From assembly GCA_019118505.1 (NCBI GenBank), contig DWYU01000084.1, positions 11,563 to 75,562 of the forward strand: a DNA stretch of 64,000 nucleotides, written 5' to 3'. A program made the position numbers and the translations under genes. The DNA is from Candidatus Oscillibacter excrementavium (lineage in GTDB: Bacteria; Bacillota; Clostridia; Oscillospirales; Oscillospiraceae). The notes beneath the pieces are model-generated. The model searched no databases. It had not been told where the DNA came from and worked only from the letters and a program-made list of their open reading frames with translations. How positions within the stretch are numbered: the first letter of the stretch is position 1; each line of letters opens with the position of its first letter. This document shows, one piece after another, positions 52,459 to 61,931 of the stretch.

Positions 52459-52496
52459 AAGAGCCTCCGCAGGCGACTGCCTGCGGAGGCTCTTTT
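52459..52496. terminator. Intrinsic terminator between convergent genes
   Basis: aagagcctccgcaggc-gact-gcctgcggaggctctt-tt. Confidence 0.75.
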
Positions 52497-52540
52497 GCGG
52501 GGGATTGCCCCCGGATACCCCGTATTTCTCCGGAGGGGGA

Positions 52541-53092
52541 TCACCGGATGGAGTGCCCCAGGTCATAGGCCTGCCGGAGCTCGGCCTTGCCTTGAATGTC
52601 CCCCGCCTCCATGTTGCCGCCGGCCAGGATGTGGCCCAGGTTGGTCCACTGGAGGTGTTCCGTCAGGTGGTCATAGTAGGCCAGCACATCCGCAAAGCCG
52701 TTCCCCTCCGCCGCCATCAGAAGGGCGGAGGCCCGGCCGCGGCCCCGCAGCAGGTTGCCGTCCCCCTCCTCCAGGGCAAAGAGCCGGTCCACGGCGGTCC
52801 GCAGCTGCCCGCTCAGATTCCAGTAGTACAGCGGACTGGCCAGCACCACCACGTCGCTCGCCTTGACCACCGGATAGATGTCTGCCATGCCGTCCTGCTG
52901 GACACAGGGGCAGTCCCGGCTGCTGCGGCCGCCGAAGCACCCCTTGCAGCCGTGGATGTCCATGGCGTCCAGGAAGAACTCTGTCACCGTGTGGCCGGCG
53001 GCCTCCGCCCCCTCGGCAAAGGCCTTGACCAGCGCGGAGGTATTCCCGCTTCTCCGGGGGCTCCCGTTCAGGATCACGATGTTCCTGCCCAT
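52541..53092 (-). CDS. Flavodoxin-fold / iron-sulfur-flavoprotein-like protein
   Basis: GSPRRSGNT, CKGC...CPC, ASPLYYW, DRL. Confidence 0.8.
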   Translation of the reverse strand: MGRNIVILNGSPRRSGNTSALVKAFAEGAEAAGHTVTEFFLDAMDIHGCKGCFGGRSSRDCPCVQQDGMADIYPVVKASDVVVLASPLYYWNLSGQLRTAVDRLFALEEGDGNLLRGRGRASALLMAAEGNGFADVLAYYDHLTEHLQWTNLGHILAGGNMEAGDIQGKAELRQAYDLGHSIR

Positions 53093-53104
53093 GGTGTGTC
53101 CCCC

Positions 53105-53650
53105 TCAGATTTTGTCCGCCAGGGCCGCCGCCCGCCGGATGCCGTCTGTCTTGGCGATGTCGCCCACGTTCAGCACGCCGGGCACCAGGACCTCGCCCAC
53201 CATCGTCCACTTGAGCAGGGCGGCGGTGCGCTCCATGGGCACCCGGACGCCGTCCAGCACCGTCATGTCCGCCTCCTCGCAGCAGGCGATCAGGGCGCAC
53301 TCCTTGCCGGCGTAGTCCTTTCCGCCGACGACCAGGGAGTACAGCTTGTCGATGACCACCTTGATCTGGGAGGGGATGGAGTACCAGTACACCGGCATGG
53401 TAAAGACCACCGCGTCCGTCTCCAGAATGGCCGGGGCGATGGTGTTGAAGTCATCGTCAAAGGAACAGGCCTTGCCGGTCTTGAAGCAGGTCTCGCAGGC
53501 GCGGCAACCGGTGAGGTTCCTGTCCGCAGCGTCAAAGCGGGTGACGGTGTGCCCCTTGGCCTCGGCGGCCTGGATGAAGGCGTCGGTCATGGCAAAGCTG
53601 TTACCGTTCTTCCGGGGACTGCCGGTGATGACCACGATGTTTTTGCTCAT
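53105..53650 (-). CDS. Iron-sulfur-flavoprotein-like protein
   Basis: GSPRKNGNS, CRACETC-x6-C, PVYWY, IDKL. Confidence 0.8.
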   Translation of the reverse strand: MSKNIVVITGSPRKNGNSFAMTDAFIQAAEAKGHTVTRFDAADRNLTGCRACETCFKTGKACSFDDDFNTIAPAILETDAVVFTMPVYWYSIPSQIKVVIDKLYSLVVGGKDYAGKECALIACCEEADMTVLDGVRVPMERTAALLKWTMVGEVLVPGVLNVGDIAKTDGIRRAAALADKI

Positions 53651-53774
53651 TGTAAAACTCCTCCTTGTTTCCGCGTCACTCCGGGGCGGCTCTGCGGGGA
53701 GGTCCGGCCTTCCCGCGGGATTGACTTGCCCCGCCGCTGATAGTATAATCATAGCAAACGCGGTAGGAAAAGCA

Positions 53775-53799
53775 AGTACGCACATCAAAGTGCGATACT
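53775..53799. promoter_or_regulatory. Candidate HxlR-family operator
   Basis: AGTA-CGCAC-atcaaa-GTGCG-a-TACT dyad in the divergent intergenic region. Confidence 0.5.
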
Positions 53800-53838
53800 A
53801 ACAGAAAAGTAGTATACTTACCAAAAGGAGAGCGTAAA

Positions 53839-54171
53839 ATGAGCGAACGGTGCATCTCCGGCGAGTGCCTGAGCACGACGGGCTTCAGCTACACCCTGTC
53901 CCTGATCAACGGGAAGTACAAAATGACGATCCTCTACACCCTGATGGAGTTCGGCGTGGTCCGCTTCAACGAGATGAAGAAATACATCGGGGAGATCTCC
54001 TACAAGACCCTCAGCTCCACGCTGAAGGAGCTGGAGGCGGATCAGCTGGTCCACCGGGAGGAGTACCCCCAGATCCCGCCCAAGGTGGAGTACAGCCTCA
54101 CAGACCGGGGCAAGTCCCTGATCCCGATTCTGGACGCCATGTGCGAGTGGGGAGACCAGCACCGGCTGTGA
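53839..54171 (+). CDS. HxlR/DUF24 winged-helix regulator
   Basis: GKYK, RFNE, LSSTLKELE, YPQIPPKVEYSLTDRG; has an N-terminal Cys. Confidence 0.9.
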   Translation: MSERCISGECLSTTGFSYTLSLINGKYKMTILYTLMEFGVVRFNEMKKYIGEISYKTLSSTLKELEADQLVHREEYPQIPPKVEYSLTDRGKSLIPILDAMCEWGDQHRL

Positions 54172-54373
54172 GCGGCCGTGAAGAGGGAAAAGATGCGGCA
54201 GAGCGCTCCGCATCCCCAAAAGGCGCCCCGGAGGGAATCGTCCCTCCGGGGCGCCGCGGCGTTGACGGGTGTGCGGGGCTCATTTCGCCTGCCGGCGGGC
54301 AGAAGCCGCCCGGCGAGGGCGGCGCCGCAGGCGGAGGCCTGGAAAAAATTTTGAAAAAGTTGGCCGATGCCTC

Positions 54374-54404
54374 TTGACTTGGAGCATACTCCAGATGGTA
54401 CAAT
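54374..54404 (+). promoter_or_regulatory. MerR-type promoter (19-bp spacer containing a dyad)
   Basis: TTGACT-[TGGAG-cata-CTCCA-gatgg, 19 nt]-TACAAT. Confidence 0.65.
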
Positions 54405-54562
54405 ACAATCCGAAACGGAGGAACCCCGCCGCCGGCAGGAAGCCGGGGCGGCCTGACAGAAGTCGGGAACCGCTCCGTATCACCTGATAGACCATAAAGG
54501 AACCGAGCGCCGCTCCGCTCAGGGCGGCGCGGAAAATCATACAGAAGCACAGCGGTGTCAGG

Positions 54563-54610
54563 AAGGCGCCTGTTTTCCCCGGCGAAGCGGGGGAGACAGA
54601 CGCCTTTTTC
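54563..54610 (+). terminator. Leader terminator upstream of larE
   Basis: aaggcg-c-ctgttttcccc...gggggagacag-a-cgcctt followed by a T run, about 27 nt before the ATG. Confidence 0.6.
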
Positions 54611-54636
54611 TGTGGATTTCCGGAAAGGAGCGATCT

Positions 54637-55392
54637 ATGACGCTGGAAACCTTTTTCCAACAAGTGCCCAAGGCGGCGGCCGCCTTCTCCGGCGGGACGG
54701 ACTCGGCCCTCCTCCTGTGGGCCGCCAAAAAGTATGGCTGCGATGTGAGGGCCTATTATGCCAAGACTCCCTTCCAGCCCCGATTTGAGTATGAGGACGC
54801 CTGCCGTCTGGCCCGGGAGCTGGATGTGCCCCTGACTGTGGTGGAGCTGGACATCCTGGCGGTGCCGGAGGCGGCGGCCAACGGCCCCCAGCGGTGCTAC
54901 CACTGCAAGCGGGCCCTGTTCAACCGCCTGTGGGAGACCGCCCGGCGGGACGGCTATCCGGTGCTGCTGGACGGCACCAATGCCTCCGACGACGCGGGGG
55001 ACCGCCCCGGAATGCGGGCCCTGCGGGAGCTGGAGGTCCGCTCGCCCCTGCGGGAGTGCGGCCTTACCAAGGAGGAGGTCCGCCGCCTGTCCAGGGAGGC
55101 GGGGCTGTTCACCTGGGACAAGCCGGCCTACGCCTGTCTGGCCACCCGCATCCCCACCGGAACGCCCATCCAGGCCCGGGACCTGGAGCGGGTGGAGCGG
55201 GCGGAGGCCGCGTTGGCGGCATTGGGCTTCCGGGATTTCCGGGTGCGGCTCTTCCACGGGGCGGCCCGCATCCAGGTGACGGCGGCCCAGCTGCCCCTGG
55301 CCCTGGAGCGGCGGGAGGACCTGACGGCCGCCCTCCGGTCGGACTTTTCAGACATTCTGCTGGACCTGGCCCCCAGGGCCCCGTCCGCCTGA
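54637..55392 (+). CDS. larE: LarE sulfur transferase (PP-loop ATPase)
   Basis: AFSGGTDS, NGPQRCYHCK, DGTNASD--DRPG, WDKPAYACLATR. Confidence 0.88.
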   Translation: MTLETFFQQVPKAAAAFSGGTDSALLLWAAKKYGCDVRAYYAKTPFQPRFEYEDACRLARELDVPLTVVELDILAVPEAAANGPQRCYHCKRALFNRLWETARRDGYPVLLDGTNASDDAGDRPGMRALRELEVRSPLRECGLTKEEVRRLSREAGLFTWDKPAYACLATRIPTGTPIQARDLERVERAEAALAALGFRDFRVRLFHGAARIQVTAAQLPLALERREDLTAALRSDFSDILLDLAPRAPSA

Positions 55393-55406
55393 GAGGAGGC
55401 ACTTCC

Positions 55407-56168
55407 ATGGATAACAAACACGATATTTTGCAGCTGCTCCGCAGCGTGGCGGAGGGCGCCACCGCTCCGGAGGACGCCCTGCTGAAGCTCAAAGAGGCGC
55501 CTTTTGAGGACCTGGGCTACGCCAAGGTGGACTTCCACCGCTCCGTCCGCCAGGGGGCGGCGGAGGTGATCTACGGCGCCGGCAAGACGCCTGAGCAGAT
55601 CGCGGGCATCGCCCAGACCATGGGGGAGCGGGGGTGCCGGAACATCCTGGTGACCCGCATCGGCCCGGAGGCGGCAGAGGAGGTCGGCAGGGCCGTCCCC
55701 CTGGAGTATCACGCCGACGCCCGGCTGGGGCTGGCCTTCCCCGGGGAGCAGAAGCGGCTGGGGCACATCGTGGTGGCCACCGGCGGCACCAGCGACATCC
55801 CGGTGGCGGAGGAGGCGGCCCTCACCGCCGAGGCCATGGGAAACCGGGTCACCCGCCTGTACGACGTGGGGGTGGCGGGGCTCCACCGGCTGCTGGCCAA
55901 CCTGGACACCCTGATGGCTGCCCGGTGCGTCATCGCCGTGGCGGGAATGGAGGGGGCCCTGGCCTCCGTGGTGGGCGGTCTGGTGGACTGCCCGGTGATC
56001 GCCGTGCCCACCAGCGTGGGCTACGGTGCCAGCTTCGGCGGATTGTCCGCCCTGCTGAGCATGCTGAACTCCTGCGCCTCCGGGTGTAGCGTGGTGAATA
56101 TCGACAACGGCTTCGGCGCGGGGTATCTGGCCAGCCGGATCAATCAGATGGAAGGGCTGAAAGAGTAA
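55407..56168 (+). CDS. larB: LarB pyridinium-3,5-biscarboxylic acid mononucleotide synthase
   Basis: DFHRSVRQG..EVIYGAGKT, GGTSDIPVAEEA, DVGVAGLHR, AGMEGAL, VPTSVGYG, VNIDNGFGA. Confidence 0.92.
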   Translation: MDNKHDILQLLRSVAEGATAPEDALLKLKEAPFEDLGYAKVDFHRSVRQGAAEVIYGAGKTPEQIAGIAQTMGERGCRNILVTRIGPEAAEEVGRAVPLEYHADARLGLAFPGEQKRLGHIVVATGGTSDIPVAEEAALTAEAMGNRVTRLYDVGVAGLHRLLANLDTLMAARCVIAVAGMEGALASVVGGLVDCPVIAVPTSVGYGASFGGLSALLSMLNSCASGCSVVNIDNGFGAGYLASRINQMEGLKE

Positions 56169-56169
56169 A

Positions 56170-57468
56170 ATGAAAATACTTTACATTGAATGCAATATGG
56201 GCGCCGCCGGGGATATGCTGATGGCCGCCCTGTATGAGCTTCTGGAGGACAAGCAGGCGTTTTTGGACGCCATGAACGCCCTGGGCCTGCCCGGCGTCCG
56301 GGTGGAGGCCCAGGCTGCCGCCACCTGCGGCATCGCCGGCACCCACATGGCGGTGACGGTCCACGGCCAGGAAGAGACGGAGGGCTCCGTTCCCGCGGAG
56401 GCGCCCCACCCCCACGTCCACAGCCACGGAGAGGCCCACGACCATGACCATGGACATGACCACGACCACGATCACCCCCATGACCACGGTGCGGGCCATC
56501 ATCACCACGCCACGCCGGGGCACATCGGGGAGCTTCTGGACGGCCTGCCCCTGCCGGAGGAGGTGCGCCGCCGGGCCCGGCGGGTGTACGACGCCATCGC
56601 CCAGGCGGAGGCCAAGGCCCACGGCTGTCCGGTGGGAGACGTCCACTTCCACGAGGTGGGGGCCCTGGACGCGGTGGCCGATGTGGCAGGGGTGTGCTAC
56701 GCCCTGTACCTGTTGGCGCCGGAGCGGATCGTGGTGTCCCCCATCCACGTGGGCAGCGGCACCGTTCGGTGCGCCCACGGGGTGATGCCCGTTCCGGCCC
56801 CGGCCACCGCCAACCTGCTCTCCGGCGTGCCCATCTACGGCGGAGCGGTCCAGGGGGAGCTGTGCACCCCCACCGGCGCGGCCCTGCTGACCAGCTTCGC
56901 CGACGGATACGGCCCCATGCCTGTCATGGTCACCAAGGCCGTGGGCGTGGGTATCGGCACCAAGCAGTTCCAGCAGGCCAACTGCGTCCGGGCCTTCCTA
57001 GGGGAGACGCCGGAGGAGGCCAACGGGGAGATCCTGGAGCTGGTGTGCAATGTCGATGACATGACGCCGGAGGCACTGTCCTTTGCCGCCTCCCGCCTGC
57101 TGGAGGCAGGGGCCCTGGACGTGTACACCATCCCCGGCACCATGAAGAAGGGCCGCCCCGGCCACGTGCTGACGGTGCTGTGCGCCCCGGAGCAGGAGGG
57201 AGAGCTGGCCCGGAGGATCCTGGCGGAGACCACCACCAACGGCCTGCGGGTCCGGCGGTGCGGTAAATACTTCCTGGAGCCCGGCGCGGGGATGGTCCAG
57301 ACTCAGTGGGGACCGGTGAAGCTGAAGTTGGCCCGGGGCTACGGCGTCACCCACGTAAAGCCGGAGTTCGAGGATGCGGCGGAGTTGGCCCGGAAGCACG
57401 GCGTCCCCTATCAGGCGGTCCTTCAGGAGGCCCTGGGGCAGCTGCGGCGGGAAGATTTCCATAAGTGA
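56170..57468 (+). CDS. larC: LarC nickel insertase with a His-rich insert
   Basis: GAAGDM, HFHEVGALD, PVPAPAT, ELCTPTGAA, NVDDM, MKKGRPG, KPEFED. Confidence 0.92.
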   Translation: MKILYIECNMGAAGDMLMAALYELLEDKQAFLDAMNALGLPGVRVEAQAAATCGIAGTHMAVTVHGQEETEGSVPAEAPHPHVHSHGEAHDHDHGHDHDHDHPHDHGAGHHHHATPGHIGELLDGLPLPEEVRRRARRVYDAIAQAEAKAHGCPVGDVHFHEVGALDAVADVAGVCYALYLLAPERIVVSPIHVGSGTVRCAHGVMPVPAPATANLLSGVPIYGGAVQGELCTPTGAALLTSFADGYGPMPVMVTKAVGVGIGTKQFQQANCVRAFLGETPEEANGEILELVCNVDDMTPEALSFAASRLLEAGALDVYTIPGTMKKGRPGHVLTVLCAPEQEGELARRILAETTTNGLRVRRCGKYFLEPGAGMVQTQWGPVKLKLARGYGVTHVKPEFEDAAELARKHGVPYQAVLQEALGQLRREDFHK

Positions 57469-57476
57469 GGGGTTCC

Positions 57477-59114
57477 ATGAAAGGAAAATACCTTGTCAGC
57501 ATCTTCCTGGCCGCCGCGCTGGCGGCCGGCGCCCTGACCGGCTGCGGGGGGCCGTCCGCCGCCGGCGCTTCCGCGGCGGAGGGCCCCGCCCAGGGGGCGG
57601 ACACTGTGGTCATCGCCATGGACCCCAATTCCGAGCCCGCCGCGGGCTTTGACCCGGCCTTCGGCTGGGGGGCGGGGGAGCACGTCCACGAGCCCCTGAT
57701 CCAGTCCACCCTGACGGTCACCAACACGGACCTCACCATCGGCTATGACCTGGCGACGGATTACGCGGTCAGCGGCGACGGCCTCACCTGGACGGTACAC
57801 ATCCGGGAGGACGCGGTGTTCACCGACGGGGAGTCCCTGACGGCGGCGGACGTGGCCTTCACCTACAACACCGTGAAGTCCAGCAGCTCCGTCAACGACT
57901 TCACCATGCTGGATGTTGCAGAAGCGGCGGACGACACCACCGTGGTCTTTCACATGACCCGGCCCTTTTCCATCTGGCCCTATACCATGGCCATCGTGGG
58001 CATCGTGCCGGAGCACGCCTATGACCCGGCCACCTACGGGGCAAATCCCATCGGCTCCGGCCGGTATGAGCTGGTCCAGTGGGACCGGGGCCAGCAGGTG
58101 ATCCTGGAGGCAAATCCGGACTACTACGGGGAGGCCCCGGAGATCCAGCGGGTGGTGATCCTCTTCATGGAGGAGGACGCCGCCTTTCTGGCGGCCCAGG
58201 CGGGGCAGGTGGACGTGGCCTACACCTCCGCCACCTACTCCGACCAGACCATCGATGGCTATACTCTGGCCGCCTATGACAGCGTGGACAACCGGGGCTT
58301 CAACCTGCCCGCTGTCCCCGCCGGGACGGACAGCCGGGGCCGGGCCGTGGGCAATGACTTCACCGCAGATGTGCGGGTCCGCCGGGCCATCAATATCGGC
58401 ATCGACCGGCAGGAGATGATCGACCACGTGCTGAACGGCCACGGCTCCCCGGCCTACAGCGTCTGCGACAATCTGCCCTGGTACAACCCGGCCTCGGAGG
58501 TGTCCTACGATCCGGAGGGGGCCGCCGCCCTGCTGGATGAGGCGGGCTGGCTCCTAGGCGATGACGGCTATCGCTACAAGGACGGCATCCGGGCGGAGCT
58601 GGACCTGCTCTACTCCACCGGGGACTCGGTGCGTCAGGCTCTGTGCGCCGACTTCGCCGGTCAGCTGGAGGAGCTGGGCATCGCCTGCACCCTGGAGGGC
58701 GTGGGCTGGGACACCGCCTATGACCAGGCCCTCTCCCAGCCTCTGATCTGGGGGTGGGGCGCCCACACCCCCATGGAGCTCTACAATCTCTATCACACCA
58801 TCGGGGACACCGGCTCCGCCCAGTACTCCCCCTACGCCAACCCCGCCGTGGACCGCTATATGGACCAGGCCCTGGCCAGCACTGATTTGGAGGCGTCCTA
58901 TGAACTCTGGCAGCTGGCCCAGTGGGACGGCACCACCGGCGTCACCCAGGAGGGGGACATCCCCTGGGTGTGGCTGGTGAACGTGGACCACCTGTACTGG
59001 GTGCGGGACGGGCTCCGGATCGCGGAGCAGAAGATCCACCCCCACGGACACGGCTGGTCCATCGTCAACAACGTGGACCGGTGGAGCTGGGAGCTGCCGG
59101 CGGAAAATCCCTGA
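57477..59114 (+). CDS. NikA/OppA-family ABC substrate-binding lipoprotein (probably Ni/Co)
   Basis: Lipobox LTGC, GSGRY, VRRAIN.GIDR, C-terminal IHPHGHGW. Confidence 0.82.
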   Translation: MKGKYLVSIFLAAALAAGALTGCGGPSAAGASAAEGPAQGADTVVIAMDPNSEPAAGFDPAFGWGAGEHVHEPLIQSTLTVTNTDLTIGYDLATDYAVSGDGLTWTVHIREDAVFTDGESLTAADVAFTYNTVKSSSSVNDFTMLDVAEAADDTTVVFHMTRPFSIWPYTMAIVGIVPEHAYDPATYGANPIGSGRYELVQWDRGQQVILEANPDYYGEAPEIQRVVILFMEEDAAFLAAQAGQVDVAYTSATYSDQTIDGYTLAAYDSVDNRGFNLPAVPAGTDSRGRAVGNDFTADVRVRRAINIGIDRQEMIDHVLNGHGSPAYSVCDNLPWYNPASEVSYDPEGAAALLDEAGWLLGDDGYRYKDGIRAELDLLYSTGDSVRQALCADFAGQLEELGIACTLEGVGWDTAYDQALSQPLIWGWGAHTPMELYNLYHTIGDTGSAQYSPYANPAVDRYMDQALASTDLEASYELWQLAQWDGTTGVTQEGDIPWVWLVNVDHLYWVRDGLRIAEQKIHPHGHGWSIVNNVDRWSWELPAENP

Positions 59115-59135
59115 CCCTCGGAAAGGAGCGACCCC

Positions 59136-60128
59136 ATGAGACACCGCCTGGAATTCGCGGGAAAAAAGTGCATCCGGATGGTGCTGCTCCTGCTGGGGGT
59201 GAGCCTGGCGGCCTTCCTGCTGATGGCCGCCTCCCCCCTGGACCCGCTGCAGACCAACGTGGGCCAGGCGGCCCTGGGCTCCATGAGCCCGGAGCAGATC
59301 GCCCAGCTGGAGGACTACTGGGGCACCAATATCCCCCTGCCGGAGCGGTATCTGGGCTGGCTGGCCGACGCGGTCCGGGGAGACCTCGGCACCTCGCTGC
59401 TGTACCGCCAGCCGGTGCTCCAGATCATCGGGGAGCGGCTGGGGAACTCCCTGGGGCTGCTGCTCTTCGCCTGGGTGCTGTCCGGCGTGCTGGGCCTGGC
59501 CTTGGGCGTGGCGGCCGGGGCCCTGCGGGGCCGGTGGCCGGACCGGCTCATCCGGGGCTGGTGCCTGCTGATCTCCAGCACCCCCACCTTCTGGTTGGCC
59601 CTTCTGCTGCTGATGGTGTTCTCCGTCTGGCTGGGGTGGTTCCCCATCGGACTGTCGGTGCCCATCGGCGCGGCGGCGGACAGCGTGACGTTCCTGGAGC
59701 GGCTCCAGCACGCCGTGCTCCCGGCCCTGACCCTCAGCATCACCGGGGTGTCCTCCATCGCCCTCCACACCCGGGAGAAGATGGTGGACGTGCTGGAGTC
59801 GGACTATGTGCTCTTCGCCCGGGCTAGAGGGGAGAAGCTGCCCGCCATCGTCCTGCGCCACGGCCTGCGGAACGTGGCCCTGCCGGCCATCACCCTGCAG
59901 TTCGCCTCGGTCAGCGAGATCATCGGCGGCTCCGTGCTGGTGGAGCAGGTGTTCTCCTATCCCGGCCTGGGCCAGGCCGCTGTCAACGCCGGGCTGGGGA
60001 GTGATCTTCCTTTACTGCTGGGGATCACCGTCATCACCGCCGCCATCGTCTTTGCCGGCAATCTGGCCGCGGACCTGCTCTACGGCGTGGTGGACCCCAA
60101 GATCAGAAGGGGGGCGGCCCGGCGATGA
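59136..60128 (+). CDS. NikB/DppB-like permease
   Basis: GDLGTS, STPTFW, LPALTL, ARARGE, HGLRN, EQVFSYPGLG. Confidence 0.88.
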   Translation: MRHRLEFAGKKCIRMVLLLLGVSLAAFLLMAASPLDPLQTNVGQAALGSMSPEQIAQLEDYWGTNIPLPERYLGWLADAVRGDLGTSLLYRQPVLQIIGERLGNSLGLLLFAWVLSGVLGLALGVAAGALRGRWPDRLIRGWCLLISSTPTFWLALLLLMVFSVWLGWFPIGLSVPIGAAADSVTFLERLQHAVLPALTLSITGVSSIALHTREKMVDVLESDYVLFARARGEKLPAIVLRHGLRNVALPAITLQFASVSEIIGGSVLVEQVFSYPGLGQAAVNAGLGSDLPLLLGITVITAAIVFAGNLAADLLYGVVDPKIRRGAARR

Positions 60129-60946
60129 GAACCTGGAACCGGCGGCAGAGGACCCTTTGCCTGCTGCTGCTCACGGCGGTGATCCTGCTGGCCGTCACGG
60201 TGTCAGGGGCGCTCCTGACAGACCGGGCCACGGAGACGGACTTTGCCCACACCAATCTGGCCCCCAGCCTGGACAGGCTGTTCGGCACCGACTGGCTGGG
60301 CCGGGATATGCTCGCCCGGACCCTGGCAGGGCTGTCCCTGTCCATCCGCATCGGGGCGCTCACCGCCTGCGTCAGCGCCGTCATCGCTCTGGCCCTGGGT
60401 GTGGCCGCCGCCCTGAACCGCCGGGCGGACGCGGTCCTCTCCTGGCTGATCGACCTGTTTTTGGGCATTCCCCACATCCTGCTGGTGATGCTGATTTCCC
60501 TGGCCTGCGGCCGGGGCTTTCTGGGGGTGGTGGCCGGTGTGTCCCTCAGCCACTGGCCCTCCCTGGCCCGGCTGGTCCGGGAGGAGGTCCTCCAGCTCCG
60601 CCAGGCCCCCTATCTGCTGGCGGCGGAGAAGCTGGGGGTGCCCCGGGGACAGCTGGTCCGGCGCCATCTGCTGCCACATCTGCTGCCCCAGTTCCTCACG
60701 GGGCTGATCCTTCAGTTCCCCCATGCCATCCTCCACGAGGCCAGCGTCACCTTTCTGGGCTTCGGCCTGTCCTCGGAGCAGCCCGCCATCGGGGTGATCC
60801 TGTCGGAGAGTATGCAGTACCTCACCACCGGTCGGTGGTGGCTGGCCCTGTTTCCCGGCGCGGCCCTGGTGGGGGTGGTGCTGCTGTTCGCCGGCCTGGG
60901 GGAGCAGGTGCGGCGATTGCTGGATCCCTCCAGCGTGCATCAGTGA
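60125..60946 (+). CDS. NikC/DppC-like permease
   Basis: FGTDWLGRD, GIPHIL, LARLVR, HLLPHL, LSFLGFG-like segment. Confidence 0.88.
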   Translation: MRTWNRRQRTLCLLLLTAVILLAVTVSGALLTDRATETDFAHTNLAPSLDRLFGTDWLGRDMLARTLAGLSLSIRIGALTACVSAVIALALGVAAALNRRADAVLSWLIDLFLGIPHILLVMLISLACGRGFLGVVAGVSLSHWPSLARLVREEVLQLRQAPYLLAAEKLGVPRGQLVRRHLLPHLLPQFLTGLILQFPHAILHEASVTFLGFGLSSEQPAIGVILSESMQYLTTGRWWLALFPGAALVGVVLLFAGLGEQVRRLLDPSSVHQ

Positions 60947-60992
60947 GGGCGGGCCTGTGTGTCCGCCCGAATCTCAGGAAAGGAGGCCGTCC

Positions 60993-61931
60993 ATGGAGCC
61001 TCTGTTACAGGTGGAGCACCTCTCCATCTCCTTTACCCAATATGACCGGGGCACCCGGCGGCGGAGCCTGCCGGTGATCCGGGATCTGTCCTTTGCCATC
61101 CGGCCGGGCCAGGTGACGGCGGTGGTGGGCTCCAGCGGCTCCGGAAAGAGCCTGCTGGCCCACGGTATCCTGGGCATCCTCCCATACAACGCCAGCCTGG
61201 AGGGGACCATCACCTATGGGGGCGAGCCCCTCACCCGGCGGCGGGTGGAGGGCCTCCGGGGCCGGGAGATCGCGCTGGTGCCCCAGGGGGTCACCTATCT
61301 GGACCCCCTGATGGAGATCGGCCCCCAGATCCGCCGGGGCTGGCGGGATGACAGGGCGCGGGCGGAGAGCCGTGCCGTCCTGGCCCGGTACGGCCTGGGG
61401 GCGGAGGTGGAGGGGATGTATCCCTTCGAACTCTCCGGCGGCATGGCCCGGCGGGCGCTGATCGCCGCCGCCGTGGTGGAGCGGCCGAAGCTGATCATCG
61501 CCGACGAGCCCACCCCCGGCCTGGACGCCCGGGCCGCCGGGCGCATCCTGGGCCACTTCCGGGAGCTGGCGGAGGAGGGGGCCGGGGTGCTGCTCATCAC
61601 CCACGATCTGGAGCTGGCCCTCACCATCGCCCACCGGGTGCTGGTGCTCTATGCGGGAGAGACCATCGAGGAGGCGGACGCCGCCGACTTCGCCGCCGGG
61701 ACCCTGCGCCACCCCTGCACCCGGGCCCTGTGGAACGCCCTGCCCCAGAACGGCTTTGTCCCCATCCCCGGCACCCAGCCCTATCCGGGGGAGATTCCGG
61801 CGGGCTGTCAGTTCGCCCCTCGGTGCGCCCGCTGCCGGGAGGCCTGCCGGTCCGGCGGGCCGGTGCCGGACACCGCCCTCCGGGGCGGCCGGGTCCGGTG
61901 CTATTTTCCGGAGGGAGGGGAGCGCCCATGA
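60993..61931 (+). CDS. NikD/DppD-like ATPase
   Basis: GSSGSGKS, LSGGMARR, IADEPTPGLD, ITHDL, C-terminal CxFAPRC. Confidence 0.88.
   Translation: MEPLLQVEHLSISFTQYDRGTRRRSLPVIRDLSFAIRPGQVTAVVGSSGSGKSLLAHGILGILPYNASLEGTITYGGEPLTRRRVEGLRGREIALVPQGVTYLDPLMEIGPQIRRGWRDDRARAESRAVLARYGLGAEVEGMYPFELSGGMARRALIAAAVVERPKLIIADEPTPGLDARAAGRILGHFRELAEEGAGVLLITHDLELALTIAHRVLVLYAGETIEEADAADFAAGTLRHPCTRALWNALPQNGFVPIPGTQPYPGEIPAGCQFAPRCARCREACRSGGPVPDTALRGGRVRCYFPEGGERP

Noticed and set aside
54445-54500. GGGG..CTGA...ACCTGAT resembling a TPP riboswitch
   Set aside because: It lacks the CTGAGA and GnTAATnCC..GCGnAGG core, and the downstream genes are unrelated to thiamine.
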